DNA of 64,000 nucleotides from assembly GCA_964655015.1 (NCBI GenBank), contig CAZZKR010000002.1:11211-75210 (forward strand), in the 5' to 3' direction. Below the pieces are notes generated by a model, which was not told the origin of the DNA, made no database searches, and saw only the letters and a list, made by a program, of their open reading frames with translations. This document shows, piece by piece, positions 47,599 through 55,411 of this stretch. The translations under genes and the position numbers were made by a program. Position 1 is the first letter of the stretch; every line of letters starts with the position of its first letter. This DNA is from an uncultured Nitrososphaeria archaeon. Lineage in GTDB: Archaea > Thermoproteota > Nitrososphaeria_A > Caldarchaeales > Wolframiiraptoraceae.

Positions 47599-48371
47599 AG
47601 TCTGTCGAAACTTCAGGATTAACCGTTAGGCTGAATGGCTTCGAGGCACTGAGCAACGTAACTCTATCTCTGAATCATCCAACATTTACGGCAATCATAG
47701 GACCAAACGGTGCTGGTAAGACTACGTTACTCAAAACGATTCTCGGACTCATAAGACCACAAAGCGGAAACATCAGGGTTATGGGATTGGATCCGATAAA
47801 AGAACCAAAAAAAGTTAGGTCGATGGTTGGTTATGTTCCACAGAGGGATAGGACATCTATCTTCGTTCCAATGAAGACAAAAGACGTCGTAATGATGTCA
47901 AGACTAGCGTCGAAAAGACCGCCGAGGTGGGCAACGGAGTATGATGAAATCGTTGTAAGAAAAGTTCTACGAATTGTGGGGGTTGAAGATTTAGCGGATA
48001 GAAGGTTTGACGAGCTTAGCGGTGGACAACAACAGAAGGTCCTGATAGCTAGGGCCATAGTCTCCGAGCCCAGACTATTATTACTCGATGAACCTTTTAA
48101 TGGCATTGACGTGAGAAGTCAGTATGAAATAACGAATCTCATCACTGGCCTGAAAGAGAGCGGTGTCTCAATTATAATTGTCACACACGACGTGAGTGAC
48201 ATCATTAACCTTATCGACAACATTGTTATATTATACAGAAGGGTTATAGCGGCAGGTAAACCAGAAGATGTTCTGAAAGAAGACATTTTGAAAAGCGTGT
48301 ACGGTGATAGAATCAGGGTTTGTTCTTATGAACCGTGTTTAATGTTCGTACCGAGAGATTCACATGGTTGA
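47595..48371 (+). CDS. Metal ABC transporter ATP-binding protein (ZnuC/TroB type)
   Basis: Walker A GPNGAGKTT, signature LSGGQQQK and Walker B LLLDEPFNGID. Confidence 0.88.
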   Translation: MKSVETSGLTVRLNGFEALSNVTLSLNHPTFTAIIGPNGAGKTTLLKTILGLIRPQSGNIRVMGLDPIKEPKKVRSMVGYVPQRDRTSIFVPMKTKDVVMMSRLASKRPPRWATEYDEIVVRKVLRIVGVEDLADRRFDELSGGQQQKVLIARAIVSEPRLLLLDEPFNGIDVRSQYEITNLITGLKESGVSIIIVTHDVSDIINLIDNIVILYRRVIAAGKPEDVLKEDILKSVYGDRIRVCSYEPCLMFVPRDSHG

Positions 48372-49191
48372 CCTATTATCGCCTTTTTTGATAAAGGCCT
48401 ACGTTGCCGTTCTAATTATGGCGGCTACATCTATAATCGGCTCTATCTCTGTGCTGAGAGGTATTGCCTATATGCCCGCCGAGGCGGCTCATACGGCATT
48501 AGGCGGTGCGGCCTTGGGAATCCTGCTCGGTTATGTGGCTAACATAACAGTAGACCCATATGTGGTTGCGGCAATTTTCGCCAGCATCACGACGCTTTTT
48601 GCAGGCTACGTGGGAAGAAAGGGCGGCCCAGAGGCGGTTGCGACAGCACTTGCTGGCGCATTAACGCTTGGTGTCTCCATTTATGCGTTTGTGAGATACA
48701 TTTTGCCCGCACAACTTAGGGTCGTTTTGGACGGCTATCTTGTAGGTGACATACTTCTCCTAGGAGACTCGGATATAGTTACGCTCTCGATTCTAACTAT
48801 TGTATGTATGCTCATCTTTGCCATTTTCTACAACGAGATAATTTATGTGTGCTTCGACCCTGAAGGTGCCGAAGCCATGGGCATGAATGCCTCCTTCTAC
48901 GACTTTATGATTTTCTTCTTGATAGGTTTAGCTGGTAGTGTGGCAACTAAGACCGTAGGTACCCTTATCGTCTATGCTCTCATGATAGCGCCGGCCATAA
49001 CGGCAAAAGAGCTATCAAAAAGTATTAATGGTATGCTGACCCTTAGCGTAACCCTCACCCTCGTAGCAGGTTACGGAGGCCTGGCGTTTTCTATTATATT
49101 CAACATGCCAAGTAGCGGCTCCATAGCAATATTCGCGAGTGCTATATATGTGGGCACGATATTAGCCAAGAGACTGGCTCCAAAGCGGTGA
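48364..49191 (+). CDS. Metal ABC transporter permease (ABC-3 family, ZnuB/TroC type)
   Basis: 275 aa, 8-9 TM helices, overlaps the ATPase gene by 8 nt. Confidence 0.85.
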   Translation: MVDLLSPFLIKAYVAVLIMAATSIIGSISVLRGIAYMPAEAAHTALGGAALGILLGYVANITVDPYVVAAIFASITTLFAGYVGRKGGPEAVATALAGALTLGVSIYAFVRYILPAQLRVVLDGYLVGDILLLGDSDIVTLSILTIVCMLIFAIFYNEIIYVCFDPEGAEAMGMNASFYDFMIFFLIGLAGSVATKTVGTLIVYALMIAPAITAKELSKSINGMLTLSVTLTLVAGYGGLAFSIIFNMPSSGSIAIFASAIYVGTILAKRLAPKR

Positions 49192-49236
49192 AGGTATAAT
49201 TACGGCCTTGTTTTATGAAAAGATAAAAGGGTGAAT

Positions 49237-49308
49237 GGGCCGGTAGCGTAGCGGAAGCGCGCCCGCCTCGCACGCGGGAGGTCGCGGGTTCGAGTCCCGC
49301 CCGGTCCA
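49237..49308 (+). tRNA. tRNA-Ala (anticodon CGC), the integration target
   Basis: Acceptor GGGCCGG/CCGGTCC with G3:U70. Anticodon arm CCCGC-CTCGCAC-GCGGG, T-arm GCGGG-TTCGAGT-CCCGC, discriminator A. Confidence 0.9.
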
Positions 49309-49310
49309 CT
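49273..49310 (+). repeat. att copy 1 (tRNA-proximal): 38-bp perfect direct repeat covering the 3' half of tRNA-Ala(CGC)
   Basis: CGCGGGAGGTCGCGGGTTCGAGTCCCGCCCGGTCCACT is identical to 53678-53715. The identity extends to 44 bp (49267-49310 versus 53672-53715) with one mismatch. Confidence 0.9.
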
Positions 49311-50259
49311 AAATCGTTCTTTTATTGCTTCTGGAGGCTTTCTAGGGTATGACACACGTAAGGCATATACTCAGCAGCTAAATGTTAGAGTATACTCTAA
49401 CGGTTTGGGAGCGGGCGTTAGAGTATACTCAAACTGTTCAGACATAGACTGGCCCTATGTCGAGGAGGCCATCTACGCGAATTATAATCGCAAATGGGCT
49501 AGGAGATGCCTGGCATTGATGAGGCGCTACGGTCATATTCTCTACTCATTCAATGCCTCGGAGCTAATGGTCCTGAAGCCCTCCAAGCGCGTTGAGGTCA
49601 TGAAAGCCTTAAGCATGCTGGCCAGAATGTTGGGGCTTAGGGATAGATGGAAGGCTATAAGGGAGGCTTATGGGCTCAAATGGTCCTTGGAGATAGATAA
49701 CGTGCCGCCCATCCTAACATCCCAGGCATATTCATCCCTGCTGTCCAAGGCTAGGAGGATGCTCCACTCATCGGGCAATTATAAGGATGCCTTGGAGTTC
49801 ATAGCATTATCGGGCTTAAGGGTTGGAGAGGCATTGGAGGTCATGAAGCTCTACAGTAAAGATGGTGAGAATTATCTTAACAAAGAGCTGATGCTCTTGG
49901 AACACTTCAGGTATCCTGAGATCTTCATGAGGAGGAGTAAGAAAGCATACATAACGGTTCTGGATAGCTACATGCTAAACCTTCTAGACCACGCTAAGCC
50001 CGTAACATATGATGCCCTGAGATCCAGCATTAGGAGAAGGCTTGGGGGAGGACATTGCCCAAGCATATTCAGGAAGATATGGGCGACATTCATGAGACGG
50101 CATGGATTAGAGCCCGAGGCCATAGACCTGCTGCAGGGCAGGACACCCAAGAGCATATTCCTGAAACACTACTACAGGCCCGACCTCAAGCATCTAATCG
50201 AGGATGTCAGGGAGGGCCTCAAGTATCTGAGAGCGGAGCTTGGGATCAATAAATGCTAG
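49309..50259 (+). CDS. Tyrosine recombinase, C-terminal catalytic fragment Int(C) of a partitioned integrase
   Basis: Catalytic-domain motifs GLRVGEALEV (Arg I), IFRKIWATFM, LQGRTPKS and FLKHYYRP (Tyr). The frame is open from within the att repeat to the stop at 50259. The first conventional in-frame start is TTG at 49405. Confidence 0.8.
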   Translation, partial: LNRSFIASGGFLGYDTRKAYTQQLNVRVYSNGLGAGVRVYSNCSDIDWPYVEEAIYANYNRKWARRCLALMRRYGHILYSFNASELMVLKPSKRVEVMKALSMLARMLGLRDRWKAIREAYGLKWSLEIDNVPPILTSQAYSSLLSKARRMLHSSGNYKDALEFIALSGLRVGEALEVMKLYSKDGENYLNKELMLLEHFRYPEIFMRRSKKAYITVLDSYMLNLLDHAKPVTYDALRSSIRRRLGGGHCPSIFRKIWATFMRRHGLEPEAIDLLQGRTPKSIFLKHYYRPDLKHLIEDVREGLKYLRAELGINKC

Positions 50260-50509
50260 GTAGATGCCTACGCCTAGCCGCGAGCATATCGAGGTAGAAT
50301 GCTAGAACCTCTTCGGCGATAAGTGGATTAGCCTCCACATCCACCTCTTCAACCACACCATCATCAAGCCTGTAGAGGAGGAGCTTACCGCGCTCCAAGC
50401 CCAAGGCATATAACTCAAGCTGGAGCTGCAGGAATCCCCAGAGCAGGAGCTTCTCCCTCTCGCTATATCTCCTGAGGACCTTGAGCTCATGGATCATGCC
50501 ATCCCTCAC
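50246..50509 (-). CDS. Hypothetical protein (element cargo)
   Basis: 87-aa ORF with a GTG start, convergent with Int(C) and overlapping it. No motif recognised. Confidence 0.35.
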   Translation of the reverse strand: MRDGMIHELKVLRRYSEREKLLLWGFLQLQLELYALGLERGKLLLYRLDDGVVEEVDVEANPLIAEEVLAFYLDMLAARRRHLPSIY

Positions 50510-50643
50510 AATAGGGGCTTAAAGACTTGGGGGGAGGCGAGTCATCATAGCTCTCGAGACCTCCAAGGACCACGCTATACTTTTGATCTTCATCAAGGCC
50601 AAGCCTATGATTCCCCTAAACGCTAACCTTGCTCACAGCGCTC

Positions 50644-51732
50644 CTAGCCCTCAGCATGACGCCCCTTAACCTCCTTAACTAACTCCCTAAGCATTTCGAC
50701 GTCTAAGCCCCTAATCGTTTTGGCTATTTCGGACTTGCAATAAAGTACGGTTAATAGTTGGTCCTTAGGATAAGAGAGCAAGGTCTCAAGCTCCCTAACA
50801 ACATATCCCAAGGCAATATCAGCATTCTCAGAACCACACTTCCTAAACACCTTGATTAGATCATGGAAAGCCTCATGCCCATCCCTGCATACGGTCATGA
50901 ACCTTATATCTTCTCTAGGTCTCCTCTCACCGCATATATCGCATGTCCTAGTTTCTTGGGCTTCTCCAGATGCTTGAGGCCTAGAGGAAGCTCCTCCAGA
51001 GCAACCCTTATATTCCTCGGAGGTTGTTAGCATGCTAACAGCCTTAGAATCATACAAGCCTTCCTCCTCCAAAGCCCCGAACTCTACAAGAAATTTCTCA
51101 TACTCCCTCTCTATAACCTCAGGGCCCCTCTTCATGATCTCCTTAACCAGACTTGAGGCCTCCCTCCTACCGAGACCATGCGTGGTGATTATCTTAGAGG
51201 CTAAGACTTGATCCTTAGAATCCCTGAGCTTTGAGACCTCATATAGCGTGGAGAAATCCTTGATCTTTGGGGCTAGAATGTTCTTAGCCTCATCACATAT
51301 GTGACCTATTGATAACATCATGGAGACCCATGAACGATCCCTGTTAAGCCGTTTACCTATCTCCACAACGCTCATCCCCAGCTCTTTATGCATGTAGGCC
51401 ACTTTCCTGGCTATGTCGAATGGATGCATGTCGGATCTCTTGAGGTTCTCCTCCAAGCTTATGGCCAATGCCTCCTCATCGTTGCACTCTACAATTTTAG
51501 CCTCCACGATTTTGCGATCAAGACACTTTAACGCGTTAAACCTCATGTAGCCCGAGATTAGCTCATAGCCCCCATCATCCAGCATCCTAACGATTATGGG
51601 TTCTATCTGGATGCCCCTCCGGATGCTCTCCGCGATCTCATCCACCTCATGCTTCTCGACCACTATCCTCTCGGCCCATTTCGGAATCCTTATGCTATCG
51701 ACATCCAGCTCCCTAACCTCTATGACCTTCAT
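50644..51732 (-). CDS. ParB/Srx-fold N-terminal domain protein with an HTH and a C-terminal Cys/His region
   Basis: IEPIIVRMLDDGGYELISGYMRFNALK occupies the ParB-box position, followed by the HTH MSVVEIGKRLNRDRSWVSMML. The C-terminal region reads CDICGE...CRDGHEAFH. It is the largest ORF of the element (362 aa). Confidence 0.65.
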   Translation of the reverse strand: MKVIEVRELDVDSIRIPKWAERIVVEKHEVDEIAESIRRGIQIEPIIVRMLDDGGYELISGYMRFNALKCLDRKIVEAKIVECNDEEALAISLEENLKRSDMHPFDIARKVAYMHKELGMSVVEIGKRLNRDRSWVSMMLSIGHICDEAKNILAPKIKDFSTLYEVSKLRDSKDQVLASKIITTHGLGRREASSLVKEIMKRGPEVIEREYEKFLVEFGALEEEGLYDSKAVSMLTTSEEYKGCSGGASSRPQASGEAQETRTCDICGERRPREDIRFMTVCRDGHEAFHDLIKVFRKCGSENADIALGYVVRELETLLSYPKDQLLTVLYCKSEIAKTIRGLDVEMLRELVKEVKGRHAEG

Positions 51733-51738
51733 GAATCA

Positions 51739-52080
51739 TCACCCCTTAACAACCTCGACCCTATACTGCCTAGAGCCCCTAGAGCCCTCAACAACTACCT
51801 TGAGCCTCAAGCCCCTTAAGCCGCCATGCTCATCCGCGATATACTTGAGCTGGCCTAGGAGGCTATTCTTACCCACCTCATCCCTCCAGGGTATAAGCCA
51901 CGTAAACTTATCGCCGCTATCCGGGAGCCTTATGATCAGTGGAAGCCTAAGGCCATACCTGGTTGATATGGGCCCATTAGGTTCCTCAACGACCTCTATC
52001 ACGTTAATGCCCGGTGCCGGATGGAACAATGGAGGCCTATCATCCTGCTTCTTGATCCTGACGATCTTTCTCCAGGCCAT
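51739..52080 (-). CDS. Hypothetical protein (element cargo)
   Basis: 113-aa ORF, tightly packed between the 75-aa wHTH gene and the ParB-like gene. No motif recognised. Confidence 0.4.
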   Translation of the reverse strand: MAWRKIVRIKKQDDRPPLFHPAPGINVIEVVEEPNGPISTRYGLRLPLIIRLPDSGDKFTWLIPWRDEVGKNSLLGQLKYIADEHGGLRGLRLKVVVEGSRGSRQYRVEVVKG

Positions 52081-52307
52081 TAATTCTCACCCTTAACGAA
52101 TACGTAGCTCTTTGTCGTGTCTATCATCCTGAGTTTCCCTTTGGCCACTAACTCTAACAGCAGAGCTCTAGCAGAATGCCATGAGATGCCCAGATGATAT
52201 GCCACGTAATCTATGCTCACGGGCTTACCTGCACTTTCAACTATCTCCATGGTTTTGTCCATCAGCTTTAACCTCTCAGCCTTAATCCTCTCCAACATGC
52301 CTCTCAC
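52080..52307 (-). CDS. Small wHTH DNA-binding protein (element cargo)
   Basis: 75 aa. VSIDYVAYHLGISWHSARALLLELVAKGKLRMI fits a winged-helix pattern. Its stop overlaps the next start by 1 nt. Confidence 0.5.
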   Translation of the reverse strand: MRGMLERIKAERLKLMDKTMEIVESAGKPVSIDYVAYHLGISWHSARALLLELVAKGKLRMIDTTKSYVFVKGEN

Positions 52308-52355
52308 TTCTCGAAAGACATATCAACATCGAGCCCTCATATTGATCAGGTCACA

Positions 52356-52787
52356 ATGCGCAAGGGGATCAGCCTACTAAACCCCGACAAAGAAGTGGAA
52401 TTAAGGATGGAGACTGAGAGGGCTGAGAGCATAGATGATGCAATCCTAGCAGCCCTCAGGATCCATGTAACCCCCCTCACCTTTAACGATCTGCTAAAAC
52501 TGATGCCCGAGCGCTTCAGGCATGGGGAAAAGCTGAGCAGGGCATTGAAGCGTCTTATCAGGGATGGCATGGCCCAGGAGGTGATCGTTATCATGATGGA
52601 TGAGGTGGTCAAGGCATACGCATTAATGACCGATACGCGGATACTAGTCAGTATACCCGTAATGGATTTGAGGAAAGAGGGCTATAAGGTGCTGATAGGC
52701 TTCGCATATGAAGGGCGGAAAGAGCCCTACGATTTATACGAAGTTAAAGCAGACTACATCCTCATACACATCGATCGAGGTGATTAG
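52356..52787 (+). CDS. Hypothetical protein with an N-terminal wHTH-like region (element cargo)
   Basis: 143 aa. IDDAILAALRIHVTPLTFNDLLKLMPE...LSRALKRLIRDGMAQEV. Divergent from the 75-aa gene. Confidence 0.45.
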   Translation: MRKGISLLNPDKEVELRMETERAESIDDAILAALRIHVTPLTFNDLLKLMPERFRHGEKLSRALKRLIRDGMAQEVIVIMMDEVVKAYALMTDTRILVSIPVMDLRKEGYKVLIGFAYEGRKEPYDLYEVKADYILIHIDRGD

Positions 52788-52792
52788 AAGAC

Positions 52793-53053
52793 ATGAGGAG
52801 GTTGATTATCGGATTGATTATATTCATGGCAGTTATGTGGGCTTTGGTAAATTTCTCTTATGTGAGACAGGTTATAGAAGCATTGGATGAAGCTCATAAA
52901 GCATTAGATGAGGGAGACTATGAAGAATATGAGCGCTGGCACTCGCTTGTCCATAACAGGATTTCACATATGGTCATATTCAACATAATCTACTTTCCCT
53001 TAATTACCTTACTAATTTATGCCTATCGCAAATCACAGGTAAGAGGGAAATAA
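52793..53053 (+). CDS. Small two-TM membrane protein (element cargo)
   Basis: 86 aa with hydrophobic helices at both ends (LIIGLIIFMAVMWALV, VIFNIIYFPLITLLIYA). Confidence 0.4.
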   Translation: MRRLIIGLIIFMAVMWALVNFSYVRQVIEALDEAHKALDEGDYEEYERWHSLVHNRISHMVIFNIIYFPLITLLIYAYRKSQVRGK

Positions 53054-53109
53054 AGGATACTGCATCCATAACATGATAGGCCTTGAACTTCCGCGGCTTG
53101 GCTCGAATA

Positions 53110-53125
53110 GGATAGTCGACTATCC
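53110..53125. repeat. Perfect 16-bp palindrome GGATAGTCGACTATCC nested within 10-bp inverted arms
   Basis: Read directly from the sequence. The outer arms are CTTGAACTTC (53082-53091) and GAAGTTCAAG (53149-53158). Lies in the convergent gap of the element. Confidence 0.8.
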
Positions 53126-53133
53126 GCATTGCA

Positions 53134-53451
53134 TCACATCGCATCGCAGAAGTTCAAGCCCCCTACTAGCCTTTTAGAGACATCCTTCCTGACCATATAT
53201 GCTGAGGGTTTTACTTCTTTATGTCTCGGGAGCTCTATTATGCATGTCCTGACGGTCTTATAGCCCTCTATGGTCTTCACCCTATGGACCACCTGTATCC
53301 TAGGCCTGAAGCATCGATGCTTTGGATCATGAATCCATTCCAGGTATGGCCCATAGCCCTGGAGCCCGCATTTAGGACATCTTATAACCCTAGGCCTGCT
53401 GTTTAGCATGCTAAACGCCTTCCCCGTAATACCCTCGGGCATTCTGGACAA
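53134..53451 (-). CDS. Small zinc-ribbon-like protein (element cargo)
   Basis: 105 aa. IRCPKCG plus later His/Cys residues (HDPKHRC). Confidence 0.4.
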   Translation of the reverse strand: MSRMPEGITGKAFSMLNSRPRVIRCPKCGLQGYGPYLEWIHDPKHRCFRPRIQVVHRVKTIEGYKTVRTCIIELPRHKEVKPSAYMVRKDVSKRLVGGLNFCDAM

Positions 53452-53494
53452 TAAGCCTTTAACAATCTAACGAGGCTCGATCAGGTGATCAGGC

Positions 53495-53715
53495 ATGCCC
53501 ATACTAACGCGTAGGCTTAGAGAGTTCCTAGAACATCCGGAGGCATTCAGCCCAAGCTATAGGAGATACTTGAGACATGTTCTGAAGCATAGAGTCGGCA
53601 TGGCCTATGAGGAGCTCGAATACATCAATGAGAAAGTCCCAGAGCTGCTGGAGGAAATAGAATCCAAGAGACTCGCGCGCGGGAGGTCGCGGGTTCGAGT
53701 CCCGCCCGGTCCACT
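53495..53715 (+). CDS. Integrase N-terminal fragment Int(N), reading into att copy 2
   Basis: ATG at 53495 preceded by the GGTGATC SD. The reading frame across the att repeat is the same frame as Int(C) at the other end ((49405-49273) and (53678-53495) are both multiples of 3). As integrated, the ORF runs on to a stop at 53758. Confidence 0.75.
53678..53715 (+). repeat. att copy 2 (distal)
   Basis: Identical 38 bp to 49273-49310. Lacks the 5' half of the tRNA. Confidence 0.9.
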
Positions 53716-53773
53716 CCTAATTAAGTGCGAAACCTTTTTTATAGGGCAGCGTCTCTAACTCTCTTGAGTTGGA

Positions 53774-53914
53774 ATGGGTAAGAGAGGAGTTAGCAAATAC
53801 TTAGTTTATCTTCAAGATGAACAGGTTGGTAGATGGCTTAAGAATCTTGCTCGGGGAAGTCCTATAACTGCTGAGGTTGCTTTGAGAAGACTTAGTAAAC
53901 TATGTGAGCTTTTT
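53774..53914 (+). pseudogene. N-terminal remnant of a second, unrelated archaeal integrase
   Basis: VGRWLKNLARGSPITAEVALRRLSKLCELF resembles, from memory, the N-terminal ...NLARGS.ITA.VYLRRL..FCE motif of euryarchaeal integrated-element integrases. No catalytic domain follows. Confidence 0.35.
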
Positions 53915-54009
53915 AGGATCGGAAATCTAACTATTCTCGGCTTAAATCTCGCATATCTTCCGTTAAAGCTACTGAAAGTATTTGCTAGAGTTTCAACAGA
54001 CCTTCTAGC

Positions 54010-54532
54010 CTCTCTATAATCTTCTGAAAAAGCAACAAGTCTAACGAGAACACTAAAGCACGGAAGGGAAAGCTTTCTCAATATTTCCTGAGTATAAAGT
54101 GCTTCTAGCATCTTTTTATCGATTTCTTCAATATCTGGTTCTGGTAATAATGGGATGGGGCATATTACTTATGTGAAAGTGTTCAATTTCTTTTTACTAC
54201 ACCACCAAAAATTTTCCTAAAAAGTAAAGATTGACCGAAGTTTGACGATAAATAAGCATATAGATATCCAATAGGAACATTTTCTCTGAATATCACCCTT
54301 AATTAATGTTCAGAAACGCCAATATAACTCTTCCAACACTTCCTGATCTTGTTACAAGTATCCAATTATTTTGAACTAAATACTCTTTACCCAAATTTTT
54401 TACTCTTTTCCCTGTAAATACGAAATTGAGTATGTCTTTAGATGATATAAAGGGGACTCCATTTTTCGTGTAAGTGCGCTTAAATCTAGATGGATAGAAA
54501 ATCTTATTACAAAATTCGTAAATGTATCGCAT
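54010..54532 (-). pseudogene. Degraded type I restriction-modification specificity (HsdS)-like gene
   Basis: Three frame segments on the minus strand. They read ...GVPFISSKDI...ILVTRSGSVGRV (54532-54299), then VIFRENVPIGYLYAYLSSNFGQSLLFRKIFGG (54296-54183), then IPLLPEPDIEEIDKKM. Stops and frameshifts separate them. The order matches a single HsdS target-recognition domain plus conserved helix. The 3' limit is approximate. Confidence 0.45.
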
Positions 54533-54580
54533 AATTTAAATTAGTGAAAACTAAATAAGAAACTAAGGAGGAAAAAGGAA

Positions 54581-55354
54581 ATGCCGCCCAAAATCGAGGA
54601 GGTAGAAGTTAGTGAAAAGGAACTTGAAAATCTTTTAGTGGAGAACCCCGACGCTATTGAAAGAGGTATGAAAATTTTAGGACGTCAAATACAAACTGAT
54701 AACGGACCTTTAGACATTTTGGCTGTTGATGAGGATGGAGTATTGACTTTAATTGAGTTGAAGAATGAGGTTGATGACGGACAATTGGACCAAGGATTAC
54801 GTTATTATGATTGGGTTAGAACTAACATTCAATGGATCTCTCGGAACTTTAAAGAGGTTGATGCTGAGCAAGAGCCAAGGTTGATTCTCATTGCTCCAGC
54901 CTTCTCTGATAATCTACGAAGGATTGCAAAATACGTAAACGTGAACCTGGATTTAATAGAGTATCATGTTATTCAACTTCCCGATGGAAAAAGAGGGGTT
55001 CTTTGTCATCGAATAGAAACTGGAGGCCCTCCTGAACCACCAGTTGTTCCTACAAGAGAGGGTAACTTAAAACGTATCGAGAATGAAAAAGTAAGACAAC
55101 TTTGTGCAGAATGTCTTAAGGAATTGGAGAATAAGGGGATTGAAATAAGACCGATACAAAACTATTGGTTTTCTATATGGTACAAAGGTAAGCGGTTTAT
55201 GTATCTTGGTTGTAAAAAGAAGTTTTTTGTTTGTGAGATACAAAAACCAGATGGGTCATGGACTAAAAGAATAAGGATCACGATAAAAGAGGAGTGGGAA
55301 AGGATGTTTAATAACGAAGTTATGCCAACTATAAGTAAAATCGAGTCTGAGTAA
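54581..55354 (+). CDS. PD-(D/E)xK nuclease, NucS/DUF91-like core at the N-terminus, uncharacterised C-terminal domain
   Basis: GPLDILAVDEDGVLTLIELK...QGLRYYDW matches the RecB-like D...D/E-x-K...Q-x-x-x-Y pattern of NucS-type nucleases. Strong SD (AAGGAGG) about 10 nt upstream. 257 aa and intact. Confidence 0.6.
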   Translation: MPPKIEEVEVSEKELENLLVENPDAIERGMKILGRQIQTDNGPLDILAVDEDGVLTLIELKNEVDDGQLDQGLRYYDWVRTNIQWISRNFKEVDAEQEPRLILIAPAFSDNLRRIAKYVNVNLDLIEYHVIQLPDGKRGVLCHRIETGGPPEPPVVPTREGNLKRIENEKVRQLCAECLKELENKGIEIRPIQNYWFSIWYKGKRFMYLGCKKKFFVCEIQKPDGSWTKRIRITIKEEWERMFNNEVMPTISKIESE

Positions 55355-55411
55355 GAGTATTTTGATGAGCGAATTATTTAAGGAATTTAACGGATACATT
55401 AAAAACTACTA

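Larger units (their letters stand above)
49273..53715 (+). mobile_element. Integrated element (circular form 4,405 bp) in tRNA-Ala(CGC), with an SSV-type partitioned integrase
   Basis: Bounded by the 38-bp direct repeats. The integrase N- and C-fragments sit at opposite ends, both reading in the same direction through the att copies. The cargo is small DNA-binding proteins. Confidence 0.82.

Noticed and set aside
53812-54111. 99-aa minus-strand ORF treated as a possible intact gene.
   Set aside because: Only its N-terminal portion continues the HsdS-like remnant. The rest overlaps the integrase-fragment ORF on the other strand and has no start context, so I folded it into the pseudogene call.
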